Origin: Candidatus Latescibacterota bacterium
Lineage (GTDB): Bacteria > Latescibacterota > UBA2968 > UBA8231
Direction of reading: 5' to 3'
Assembly (NCBI GenBank): GCA_965261395.1
Contig: OZ253462.1
Span: 5,472,001 to 5,536,000 of the forward strand
Length of the DNA stretch: 64,000 bases
A program made the position numbers and the translations under genes. Below, one piece after another: positions 36,701-46,607 of this stretch. Numbering within the stretch: position 1 is the first letter of the stretch; the number at the start of each line of letters is the position of its first letter. Below the pieces are notes generated by a model. The model was not told the DNA's origin and did not search any database. It saw only the letters and a list, made by a program, of their open reading frames with translations.

Positions 36701-37006
36701 ATAGGCTTCCACCGCTTTTTCGTGTTGCCCACTCTTCTTGTAGGCATTGCCTAGCTGATACCAAGCCGCCGCGACTACGGGCAATTCCAGGTCCCTGCCA
36801 AACGTCACCCGTACACTATCGGTGCGCACGGCCTTGCTGGCGAACTTGACGATCTTTGAATACTCGATGATCGCCCCTTCAAACTCGCCAAGGGCGTAGA
36901 GAGATTGTCCGGCGTCAAAACTGGTCTTCAGATTTTGCGGCACCGGTAGAAAAAGGCTAGCTCCTAGCCCCAATCCCAGCGCGATAAGTCCAGCCCAGAC
37001 CGTCAT
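33755..37006 (-). CDS. Very large tetratricopeptide-repeat protein (BamD/CpoB-like repeats) with N-terminal membrane anchor
   Basis: Many repeats of A...Y..V...YP.S..A..A.Y..G; hydrophobic N-terminus; SD AAGGAG. Confidence 0.9.
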   Translation of the reverse strand: MTVWAGLIALGLGLGASLFLPVPQNLKTSFDAGQSLYALGEFEGAIIEYSKIVKFASKAVRTDSVRVTFGRDLELPVVAAAWYQLGNAYKKSGQHEKAVEAYRQVIDTGNVAEDFKSLVQFQVAETRFFAKEFGEAAKEYKLYVELFSETREAGKAYFYAGWSEFNTKEYDQSIETLNGMLAAYPEDRYAPDSQFRIASALYEKGEYGEAVDMTQIVLDKYPNSPVIAQALYLKANAYDQMGRDAEAIESYRDVRNLYDRMFELLRGSFREGKNVDFENYRQLFETSSLRVAEIFRKTDQYEEAYQELIAAQETAEERFYKAKVQMRIGDNYMEWDKFDEAWTAYNQVIELYGDTPYPANAQYQKGEAKYFAADYAAAREDYLKLLADYPDSETGLRSAALYSAGWSTEKLGVADQAIASYTQAVDNFPRSDQAPLCLLRIARLSYEQQKVEEAIEAYKAITESYQDTRHTADAYYGLGILYRDEGQKDEAIVAFSKVDRDARETYIAALIEAANIYISQDRITEGRALLNQLLEGVTGDRDLEARAHFQMAQLDLNNKNYVDAVEGYTRVLEEYPESDVIVIRDTRYGRGLAYHYSGRYDRALVDYKWLLDTKIPKAMQLKVTFSMALSYSAEGSDTEAEKLLNEVIASGDESLVRSARLQLISMAEKTGNPEEAVRIYEEMLATAASSEDRERLLIRLANAYFKLDKFQQSIEAAQQLIDLAMNVESIANALFVQGNCFYRSEQFVQAIATYNTIIENYPQIAWARNAQFQIGVAYNRLSANGNIEVLPAMSKAFNTYYTQYPEDERAVHAYYYDAWAHYRMGKWRAASDIFASLADTYPQSRYASEALFRAGDALFNMTNRSGIEDKNQNFLDAKVYYDRIIKSYPKSSYVDDALYNKAWCLINLERNEDAVPIFERIVAEYPNGTYGPRSQFTLGDYYYGLKEYEKATESYQTFLERFPADKLIAQDRALPKKAKTLLGHLAEIDAYNLYATGEKLLSEDNFDEATAIFEEVRQKYPKSDQAVNSLVNIGAAHMKQEEFRQAGAIFQEVVDNYGDNPKYGTQVDYAREQLEVMQEARVL

Positions 37007-37063
37007 TTGTGCATCTCCTTGTCTAGGTTCCTAGTTTGGAGTTCATCGGGGTCTTTTTTTGGT

Positions 37064-37999
37064 TTAGAATTCGTATGAAAAGGAAAACCGGTGCGCGCCA
37101 TTGGTCTCGGTCAGATCCAAGCCGATGTCATAGGCATAGTCGAACACCAACTGGTTCCACTGATAGCCCAACCCCGCATTCAATCCCCCACCGGCGTCCT
37201 CAGACAACAAACGACGACCCCCCGCCCGCAACAACAACCCCTCCACCAACTGCGTCTCCCCACCAACAACCAACCCGTGATCCGAGCCCTCCCCCGTCAA
37301 ATCGCGACGCACGTATTGCACCGACACCAACGACTGACTGCTCAGACGATACCCCACCCCCACATGCACGTCCATGGGCAACGTACCCGCATTCGCGTCC
37401 CCTTCCACCTCACCATACGCCACATTCGGCTGATTGATATTCTTCAACAACACCCCCACCTGCGCCCCTTGCATCGGACTCTGCCACATCAAGCCCAAAT
37501 CCAAACCGACATTGCCCGCGCTCTGGTTCGACAGCGGGTCGGGACGACCCTCATCGTCGGGAATCGATCCCACGCTCCAAAACAAATACTTGGCCGACAC
37601 CCCCACCTGCAGCCGACGCTGCACCTGATACGACAGCGACACAAACGCCCCGTTCTCGCTCATCAGCGACGAGCCAATCCGCTCATAGCCCAAGCCCAAG
37701 CCCATCTTGTCGCCCAAAGGCTGCGCATAGGAAACCACATGCTGACCCAAGTCGTCGCCTTCGATGCCCGCATACAAAAGCGACACATTGGTGTAGGCTA
37801 CCTGGCGCTGGGCCACCTGACCCAACCCCGCCGGATTGGCAAACACCGCATCCGAATTGTCGGCCACCGCCACAAAGCTGTTGCCCAACCCCTGGGCCCG
37901 TGCCCCAGAGCCGACATTCTGAATGTTGACAACCCCGTCGCTTGGTTGAGCGACGAACAGCAAGCCGACTAAAACACTAAGCATTTTCAGAGATTTCAT
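37064..37999 (-). CDS. PorV/PorQ-like (FadL-fold, T9SS-associated) outer-membrane beta-barrel
   Basis: GARAQGLGNSFVAVADNSDAVFANPAGL N-terminal signature; GLDLG, KNINQP, FDYAY; ends HRFSFSYEF; SD AAGGAGG. Confidence 0.85.
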   Translation of the reverse strand: MKSLKMLSVLVGLLFVAQPSDGVVNIQNVGSGARAQGLGNSFVAVADNSDAVFANPAGLGQVAQRQVAYTNVSLLYAGIEGDDLGQHVVSYAQPLGDKMGLGLGYERIGSSLMSENGAFVSLSYQVQRRLQVGVSAKYLFWSVGSIPDDEGRPDPLSNQSAGNVGLDLGLMWQSPMQGAQVGVLLKNINQPNVAYGEVEGDANAGTLPMDVHVGVGYRLSSQSLVSVQYVRRDLTGEGSDHGLVVGGETQLVEGLLLRAGGRRLLSEDAGGGLNAGLGYQWNQLVFDYAYDIGLDLTETNGAHRFSFSYEF

Positions 38000-38034
38000 A
38001 ATGCCAACTCCTCCTTGGTGGTCTCGCTTAAAGG

Positions 38035-38781
38035 CTAGTTTGCCTTAGCGACTTTAGGAACGACCGTGCCGTCCTTGTAAATCTTGCCGATATCTCGGAC
38101 GAATTTATAGAAAATATTGGTGGTCTCCACCGGCTCGTTTCGAAAGTCAAATCGCAGGATTACATCAAGCACTTGGACTTCGATATCACTCACGTCTGGG
38201 TGGAGCACGGGAAAAATGACAAAGCCCTCTGCCTCTTGGCCACTGAAGATCTCCTCGTCTTTGAGCATCGTCCGCCGCAGCAAGTCGCGGCGCTCCTGGT
38301 AGCGGGCATATTCGTTGCCCCTGTAGCCTATGGCATAGGCGCGATAATAAGTATCGAGTTGCTCAAAGTTGAGACTCCAATACTCTCGATTATTGCTCGC
38401 TTTGACGACTATTTTGCTTGGATCGATTTTGACTTTGGGGTAGGCGTAATTCTTAATGCTGAGACGGAAGACGGTGAATCGCTGTTTTTCTTCGTCTGTT
38501 CCCCAAAATATCGTATTGCCAAAGGTATAGGGGTTTGTAGACTTAGGACCCGTTTGGGAATTGTTGAAAAACTGGCGATTCAACTCCTCGTCTGTCATCG
38601 GCTTGAGTCGCACTTCAAAGCGATCTTGGGCAAAGGTCAGGGTCCCGTCATCTGCCACACTGATAGACGAGGCCTGTTGTTGGCCAGGCTGCAATGGCCC
38701 CGTGTAATAGCTATATCCACAGCCCAGCAAACCCGAGCCGATGACAACCAAGGTAAATAATACTCGAGTAGAATTCATCAT
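38035..38781 (-). CDS. Hypothetical lipoprotein (paralog of 54906..55664)
   Basis: Lipobox LLGC; VADDGT, PMTDEELNRQF, NPYTFGN, RFTVFR, NYAYPKV, LRRTM, FSGQEAEG shared with the paralog. Confidence 0.8.
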   Translation of the reverse strand: MMNSTRVLFTLVVIGSGLLGCGYSYYTGPLQPGQQQASSISVADDGTLTFAQDRFEVRLKPMTDEELNRQFFNNSQTGPKSTNPYTFGNTIFWGTDEEKQRFTVFRLSIKNYAYPKVKIDPSKIVVKASNNREYWSLNFEQLDTYYRAYAIGYRGNEYARYQERRDLLRRTMLKDEEIFSGQEAEGFVIFPVLHPDVSDIEVQVLDVILRFDFRNEPVETTNIFYKFVRDIGKIYKDGTVVPKVAKAN

Positions 38782-39758
38782 TCAGAAACTCCTCCGTGGT
38801 ACAGCTTTGTGTACAAAGAGGCTTTCAAGCGCCCCCAAGACCTCGGCTCCACAGCCATCCCTTGCAAAGTACCTTCTAGCGACATCGGCATCAAGTCGGT
38901 GAAGCGATCGGAAAAGCGATACGAGTTGTGTTGGCCCGAAAGCGACCACTTAGCATCAAAAAGATCCGAATGCACATCAAGATCGTTGAACTCTACGTTA
39001 AAACCAAGGATTTCACCTTCTCGTAAGAGGTGCTCCTCGCTCTGAAAGACCGCATTGATATCAACGCGATCAAAGGGCACGAGCATGACTTCGTAGTTCG
39101 TCACTCCCTTTCCTCCCAAGACACCTGCAAACTCGACCGCCGCCCTAGTATAAGGTCCGTCGGGTAATGCGTACCAAACGGCGGCGGAATAATTGACGAA
39201 AAAATCCTCGTCGGGCGGCGGGCCAGCCAAAACGAAATGGTTAGCTTCAGTTCCGTTGCGCCGCCTATACTCTTCGTCGCTCAACTCGGTGAAATTAGCA
39301 AATTGTCCACCAGAGTGGTCCGCGTCGATAAATAATTCCATCGCATCGTCTCGAAAAATCACCTCAGCACTACCGGCGGGACGATCGATCTGATGTATAT
39401 CATCGCGAACCTGAGCGGCGATATAGAGCCTGTTCTCCGCTTTATTCCACCCTACCATGAGACGGGCAGCAAAATCGTCCGAATCGCTCGCCTCAACTTC
39501 TGGACTAATCAGGTCGTGAAACTGACCCGTTAGTATGGCGTAGGAGTCGCCTACAACCTCCCAATCTGTCAAATCTCCGTCAATGGCGGGGACCAAGTGA
39601 TCGGGAAATTGAAAGGCTCTGTAGGCCACTCCTTCGGGGTAATGCCCCAGAGCCGGTTTAGCTAAACCTACTGTTATCTGTAGCGCCAGCCCTAAAAAAA
39701 ACAACCACAACCAACACCTCAGCCGCCGCCTTCTTATTTGTTTTTTGCTATCTTTCAA
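38778..39758 (-). CDS. Secreted CBM9/DOMON-like protein with 'AVExxSWGxLK' motif
   Basis: ALG-HYPEG, PAIDGDLTDW, NRLYIAAQVRDD, IDADHSGG, AVEPRSWGRLK. The TTG start is uncertain. Confidence 0.7.
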   Translation of the reverse strand: MKDSKKQIRRRRLRCWLWLFFLGLALQITVGLAKPALGHYPEGVAYRAFQFPDHLVPAIDGDLTDWEVVGDSYAILTGQFHDLISPEVEASDSDDFAARLMVGWNKAENRLYIAAQVRDDIHQIDRPAGSAEVIFRDDAMELFIDADHSGGQFANFTELSDEEYRRRNGTEANHFVLAGPPPDEDFFVNYSAAVWYALPDGPYTRAAVEFAGVLGGKGVTNYEVMLVPFDRVDINAVFQSEEHLLREGEILGFNVEFNDLDVHSDLFDAKWSLSGQHNSYRFSDRFTDLMPMSLEGTLQGMAVEPRSWGRLKASLYTKLYHGGVSE

Positions 39759-39772
39759 TTGTATGGGGCTGT

Positions 39773-39801
39773 ATGATAATCAATGGCCTAAGACGTGTCA
39801 A
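39773..39801 (-). promoter_or_regulatory. Sigma70 promoter for the leftward CBM-lipoprotein-PorV-TPR-exbBD-DUF4159 operon
   Basis: Minus strand TTGACA-N17-TATCAT. Confidence 0.7.
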
Positions 39802-39997
39802 GATATACTTAGAGATAGCCGTGGAAACAATGGATCTATAACGAATAAAATAGATAAATAACAATAGGTTAGGTCTATTTAATCCCCATGTAAATCGCTG
39901 CAAATCCCCTCATCCACGCCTCGACTTGACTGATTATCTGAGCGATTGACGACAAAGGCATGTCTTTTTTCGTAATCGTCGGCCCGATCTGGCTATC

Positions 39998-40026
39998 TTG
40001 AGATGTTCACCAATATACTATATAAT
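39998..40026 (+). promoter_or_regulatory. Sigma70 promoter for the rightward operon starting at 40162
   Basis: TTGAGA-N17-TATAAT. Confidence 0.7.
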
Positions 40027-40161
40027 ATAGCGCAATGTCGACCAAGATACGCGATTAGTCCAGTCGATACGGACTGGGTTGGAGCGCGTAACCGCCGTCG
40101 GTGCCCTTGTTTTGCTCGTCGCAGGCAGCCAAGAGCTTACATTCTTGCGCGGAGGTGTTTG

Positions 40162-42816
40162 ATGATCAGGTTGTTGGTAGCGGTGCTCGGCGTCGCATTC
40201 GTACTCTGCAACGGCTATGCCGAAGTCAAGCGGTGGCGGATCGGCGACGATGTGCATCCCTGGACTCTGCGGCCGGTCACCGGTCGCCTCGACTTAGGCC
40301 GCAGTTGGGCCGTCGAGCTAATCGCCGACGACGATGGCGACGGACTCATCGACGAAGACCCGGTCGAGCTAATCGACAACGACGACGATGCGCTGATTAA
40401 CGAAGACCCCGCCGACGAGCAAGTTGACAACGATGACGACGGCCAACTCAACGAGGACCCAGCCAACGGAAGAGACGACGACCAAGACGGACTCATCGAT
40501 GAAGACCCGCCGGAATTTTTCGACAACGATCTCGACGGGCTCATCGACGAAGACGGTCCGGATCCTCAGTTCGACAATGACGGCGATGGGCTACTCAACG
40601 AGGATGGGTTGTACACTCCCTTTGACGACGATTGGGACGGCCAGCTCAATGAGGATCCGATCAACGGCAGTGACGACGACCAAGACGGACTCATTGATGA
40701 AGACCCGCCGCTACCCGAGCACGGCCAAGGCGTGACCACCTGGCTTCGGCCGGTGCGTCTCGACAGCCTGCGCAACCTTGCCTACCTGCTCAACCAGCGC
40801 TTCAAGGCTGGCGAATTCGGTGGTATCATCCCCGGCAAGGATCCCCAGCGTCCCTTTATGGTGGTGCCGAGCGAATATGGCTTTCGCCGTGAGATCGCCG
40901 ACCCGATTTCGGCCGACTACTGGGCGACCGCGCAGGTAATCGGTCGCGTCGACGCGGAAAAGTCGGTCGACGGCAACCTGCGCACGGAATACGGCTCCGC
41001 TCTCTATGGCCGCGGCGGCGTTGGCATCAACCTAATGGGCTACTACTATCTCAACCGCATTGTCTTCCGCCCCCGGCCGACCTTGCCTGCTAGCACTATT
41101 GCCAACTACTTCATCCGCTACGGCGACCAGACCACCATCGACAGCCGCTCCGAAACCATTCAAGCGCGCAGAACACTAGTCCCCGTCACCAACGGCCAGT
41201 TCAACCCGGTAGTCAAAGATATCCGATTTGATCGGCCTTTTGTCGCTGGCCGCCTCGACGTAGTCTCGACGGATCCCAAAGGCACCTACGTCGAGACTGC
41301 CGAAGCGGGCTATTTTGGCGACGGCTATGCCATTGATGGGCAGTACACTTCGGCCATCATCGACGTGGGCACGCCCACCCCGCGCATTCGTCGCTACGAC
41401 CGAGAGATCGAACAGTTCGCGGGCTCACAGCGCGATGCCTATGAAAGCCAGTTCCCCCTCGATATGGCCGGCGACCAAGTCAACTGGGGTAAGGTGCGCT
41501 GGCGCGGGCGCCGTGACAGCCGCGACGGCGACGTCCGCATCCAGTTCCGCGTTGGCAACACCCTCGACACTCACATCTACGCCCGCCGCTTGGGGCCAGG
41601 CCTTTCGGACACCCAAGATGAGAACGGCAATCCCCTTGATCTGTTTTCTTGGATTAAGATCTCCGAAGGCCGCGTCCCCGAGCGCGAGCTCCAATACAAT
41701 GAGCTTGGTGTTGACCTAGGCGACGACGGCCTCCTAGGCTGGAGCTTCTGGTCGGCACCTTTCAAGCTCGAAGACGCCCTCATCGACGAGAGCCTACCTG
41801 AAGCCGAGTGGCACAACACCGGTGTCCAGCTACCCCTGCCCGGAGGGACTCGCTACATCCAGTTCCGCATCCTCTTCGACTCCGCCCAGCACAGCGCGGC
41901 CCTGTTGGACTTCATCGAGTTCGACTACGACGCACCGCTGGTCTCCGGTGGGATCGTCGCCGAAATCTTTCCCCCACGCGTCACCTTGGGTGAAGAGACG
42001 GCCTTCCGCTATTTTGTTCGCCCATTCTTCAAAACGGGCGAGGCGACCTCCTTCAACCGGATCGAGATCTCCGTGCCCAGCGCGGATACGCGCATCGACA
42101 CCTTGCGCTTCGACGGCCAAGACTGGACCGAAATCGCCGCTGGCACGACCGCCGATCCTCTCCGCGACGTCCATCCCCTCCGCCTCGCCCCAGCAGAAGG
42201 CCGCACCGATAGCTTGGGACAATTTGCCCAGAGCGTAGTCAAGGATCCGCTCACTGGCTCGGCCAAACTACACATCAAGCTACCTTTGATGGGTGCCGAA
42301 CACTTCCAATTCGACCAGAACATTGAGATCGTCTTTCGCTCCAAGCTGTTCCGTGGCTCAGAAGAGTTCACCAGCTCAGTGTGGAATGACCAAGGCGACC
42401 CCGGCGTCGAATCCATCCCGCAACCGGCCGAGGATGGGGATGCCACACCCGACATAGCCACCAATGCCCTCCTCGTGGTCGCCGACGAGATCAACCAAAT
42501 CGTCAAGGCCCCCTACATCGCTCCAAACCCCTTTACCCCCAACGGCGATGGCATCAACGACGAAATCACTTTTTCCTTTGACCTTTTTCTCGTCCTTGAT
42601 CAGGTCGATGTTCAAGTCGAAATCTACGATCTGTCCGGTCGCCGCATCGCCCAGATTCAGACAGACGGCTCGACCGCAGGCAGCCTCCAAGTCAAGTGGG
42701 ATGGCCGCGATAGCCAAGGCCAAATCGCCCCCCCGGGCATCTATCTCTATCGACTGGCCATTGATTTAGACAATACCTCCACGGAGCGCGCAGGCACCCT
42801 ATCGCTCGCCTATTGA
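40162..42816 (+). CDS. Secreted 'subfamily I' protein with Asp-rich repeat insert and C-terminal CTD/FlgD-Ig-like domain
   Basis: ATG 40162 with SD GGAGG; signal peptide; WSFWSAPF, RYIQFR, AEIFP; PNPFTPNGDGIND, WDGRDSQG..PPGIY; ends LSLAY. Confidence 0.8.
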   Translation: MIRLLVAVLGVAFVLCNGYAEVKRWRIGDDVHPWTLRPVTGRLDLGRSWAVELIADDDGDGLIDEDPVELIDNDDDALINEDPADEQVDNDDDGQLNEDPANGRDDDQDGLIDEDPPEFFDNDLDGLIDEDGPDPQFDNDGDGLLNEDGLYTPFDDDWDGQLNEDPINGSDDDQDGLIDEDPPLPEHGQGVTTWLRPVRLDSLRNLAYLLNQRFKAGEFGGIIPGKDPQRPFMVVPSEYGFRREIADPISADYWATAQVIGRVDAEKSVDGNLRTEYGSALYGRGGVGINLMGYYYLNRIVFRPRPTLPASTIANYFIRYGDQTTIDSRSETIQARRTLVPVTNGQFNPVVKDIRFDRPFVAGRLDVVSTDPKGTYVETAEAGYFGDGYAIDGQYTSAIIDVGTPTPRIRRYDREIEQFAGSQRDAYESQFPLDMAGDQVNWGKVRWRGRRDSRDGDVRIQFRVGNTLDTHIYARRLGPGLSDTQDENGNPLDLFSWIKISEGRVPERELQYNELGVDLGDDGLLGWSFWSAPFKLEDALIDESLPEAEWHNTGVQLPLPGGTRYIQFRILFDSAQHSAALLDFIEFDYDAPLVSGGIVAEIFPPRVTLGEETAFRYFVRPFFKTGEATSFNRIEISVPSADTRIDTLRFDGQDWTEIAAGTTADPLRDVHPLRLAPAEGRTDSLGQFAQSVVKDPLTGSAKLHIKLPLMGAEHFQFDQNIEIVFRSKLFRGSEEFTSSVWNDQGDPGVESIPQPAEDGDATPDIATNALLVVADEINQIVKAPYIAPNPFTPNGDGINDEITFSFDLFLVLDQVDVQVEIYDLSGRRIAQIQTDGSTAGSLQVKWDGRDSQGQIAPPGIYLYRLAIDLDNTSTERAGTLSLAY
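40327..40710 (+). repeat. Eight in-frame D(D/N)DxDGxx(D/N)ED(P/G) repeats (thrombospondin type-3-like)
   Basis: Read directly from the translation; 40441-40512 and 40639-40710 are also closely similar at DNA level. Confidence 0.85.
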
Positions 42817-42870
42817 CCAAAATGCGCGACTGCTTACAGGATTTCCCTTCATCGCCACCATTCTAACGCC

Positions 42871-44967
42871 ATGGCGCGCAGCACCCGCTTTTTTTTTGTC
42901 GCGCTCCTGCTAGTCGCCCTCGCACTGCGACTGGGCTATTTGTGGGAACACCGCGCCAGTCCCTTCTTCGACGCGCCCATAGTTGACGCTCAAACATTTC
43001 TCAAACAGGCACAGGCCCTTGCCAGCGGTCCATTCTGGGGAGGGGACGAACCGTATTGGCAACCCCCCCTCTACATCTACCTGCTGGCGTTCGTTTGCTG
43101 GCTCCTCCCTGCCTCGTACTTCGTCGGCATCCGGCTCGTACACGTGGGCCTCGGCGTCCTTTCCTGCCTATTGGTATACGCGTTGGTTCGGCACGCCTTT
43201 GGCGAGCAGGTCGGCCGCATCGCCGGCGTCATGGCGGCCTTGTGTGGCTCCTTGCTCTACTTCGAGGGCGAGCTATTGGCTGTACCGGTCGAAGTTTTCC
43301 TCAATCTCCTGCTCTTGTACGGCCTGTTGCTGGCGTGGGGACGCGATCGCGGGCGCGACTGGGTGCTGGCCGGCCTCATCGCGGGCCTTGCGGCTCTGAC
43401 CCGCCCCAATATCTTGCTCTTTATCGCGGCCTTTTGCGCTTGGGCACTGTGGCATCGGCGCACATTTGCCTATCGTTCCCTGTTCTCTTTTCTCGTTCCC
43501 ATCGCCTTGGTCATCCTGCCCGTTACCTATTGCAACTGGACCATTGAGCCGGACCTCGTCTTCATCTCCTCCAATGCCGGCGTCAACTTCTACATCGGCA
43601 ACAACGCCGACTATGAGCGCACGGTCTCGCTGCGCCCGGGCATGCAGTGGGAGGCCATGATCGCCGAGCCGGCGAACTCGGGGCATGAGACCGCAGCCGC
43701 CCAATCGGCCTTTTTCTTGGGCAAAGCCCTCGACTACATAACCGCGCAGCCCTTCGACTATCTCGGCCTGCTCTGCAAGAAGGGATTCCTCTTTTGGAGT
43801 GGCCCGGAAACCAAGCGCAATCAAGACATATACTACGCCCGCCAACACTCGCGGATTTTGAGTCTCTTGCTCTGGGATTGGCACGTGTCGATTCCCTTCG
43901 GCCTGATCGGCCCGCTGAGCTTGCTCGGCTTGGGGCTGAGCATGAGGGGGGAGTGGACCCCGCCGGTTGCTTTGCTGCGGCTCTACGCTCTCGTGTACAC
44001 GGCCTCGGTCGTACTCTTCTTTCCGGCAGCCCGCTACCGCATGCCGGTCGTGCCGGTGCTGATCGCTTTTGCTGCTTTTGCCGCTTTTCAGTTCTACTTA
44101 GGAGTGCGCCGCAGAGCCTATACCCGCACCACAGTGCTTGCCGTGCCTTTAGGGGGTCTATTAGTCCTGTGCAATCTCGCCGAAGCCGCGCCAACTACAG
44201 AGGACGCTCAGCTCTACTTTGACCTAGGCGAGGTACATCTACGCAAGCAAGACTACGCCCGGTCTGCGCGTCACTCGCGCCGGGCACTGGAATTGGACCC
44301 AGAGTACAACTACGCCCGCCACAATCTGGCCGTGGCGTACTTTCACCAAGAGCGCTATGGGGACGGCGAGCGCGAGGCTCTACAGGCCCTCGCGGAAAAT
44401 CCTCGGCGCACCGACACTCACATCCTCCTAGGCCGGATTTACCTAGCTACCAATAAGCCGCAACAGGCCGAAGCGCATCTGCGCCACGTCCTCGAACGCG
44501 ATCCAGAGTCCGGCATGGCCCACTACTACTACGGCCGCCTGCTCTACCGCCAAGGGCACTACGCCGAGGCCGCAACCCACTTGCAACAGGCGCTTCCTTG
44601 GCAGCCACAGGATTTCTGGCTTCACTACGAACTGGGGAGGGCCTTGCAGCAAGCCGGGCAAACCGAGGCCGCATTGGGCCAATATCAACAAGCACTGTCC
44701 GTCGAAAGACGGCCTGAAGCACTCGTTGCCATCGGTGCCCTGCACCTGATCGCCGGTCACACCGCAAAAGCACGCACCCAGTTCCTCCAAGCCCTAGAAC
44801 TAGCCCCAGACAATCCAGAGGCTCACGTCAACCTCGCGCTCATCGAACTCGAAAATGGGGACCACGCCGCGGCTATTGACCGGCTGCGGCAGGTGCTAGC
44901 GAGAGGTCCCTCCCCCGACGCGAAGCGTCTGCTTGACGAAGCCTATCGCCGGCTCGAATCGCCATAG
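42871..44967 (+). CDS. GT-C fold glycosyltransferase (ArnT/PMT_2-like) fused to C-terminal TPRs
   Basis: PIVDA, WQPPLY, GLAALTRPN, GVNFYIGNN, ARYRMP; about 11 TM segments followed by TPRs. Confidence 0.8.
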   Translation: MARSTRFFFVALLLVALALRLGYLWEHRASPFFDAPIVDAQTFLKQAQALASGPFWGGDEPYWQPPLYIYLLAFVCWLLPASYFVGIRLVHVGLGVLSCLLVYALVRHAFGEQVGRIAGVMAALCGSLLYFEGELLAVPVEVFLNLLLLYGLLLAWGRDRGRDWVLAGLIAGLAALTRPNILLFIAAFCAWALWHRRTFAYRSLFSFLVPIALVILPVTYCNWTIEPDLVFISSNAGVNFYIGNNADYERTVSLRPGMQWEAMIAEPANSGHETAAAQSAFFLGKALDYITAQPFDYLGLLCKKGFLFWSGPETKRNQDIYYARQHSRILSLLLWDWHVSIPFGLIGPLSLLGLGLSMRGEWTPPVALLRLYALVYTASVVLFFPAARYRMPVVPVLIAFAAFAAFQFYLGVRRRAYTRTTVLAVPLGGLLVLCNLAEAAPTTEDAQLYFDLGEVHLRKQDYARSARHSRRALELDPEYNYARHNLAVAYFHQERYGDGEREALQALAENPRRTDTHILLGRIYLATNKPQQAEAHLRHVLERDPESGMAHYYYGRLLYRQGHYAEAATHLQQALPWQPQDFWLHYELGRALQQAGQTEAALGQYQQALSVERRPEALVAIGALHLIAGHTAKARTQFLQALELAPDNPEAHVNLALIELENGDHAAAIDRLRQVLARGPSPDAKRLLDEAYRRLESP

Positions 44968-44974
44968 GAATACC

Positions 44975-46603
<1,629 letters not shown>

Positions 46604-46607
46604 AACT

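Noticed and set aside
37091-37972. 293-aa plus-strand ORF antisense to the PorV-like gene (likewise 58484..59437 and 58563..59306)
   Set aside because: Shadow ORFs produced by the codon bias of the real minus-strand genes; no SD and no recognisable motifs.
40327-40710. Possible CRISPR-like or non-coding repeat array
   Set aside because: The repeats are in frame, degenerate at third positions and have no unique spacers; they are a protein repeat.
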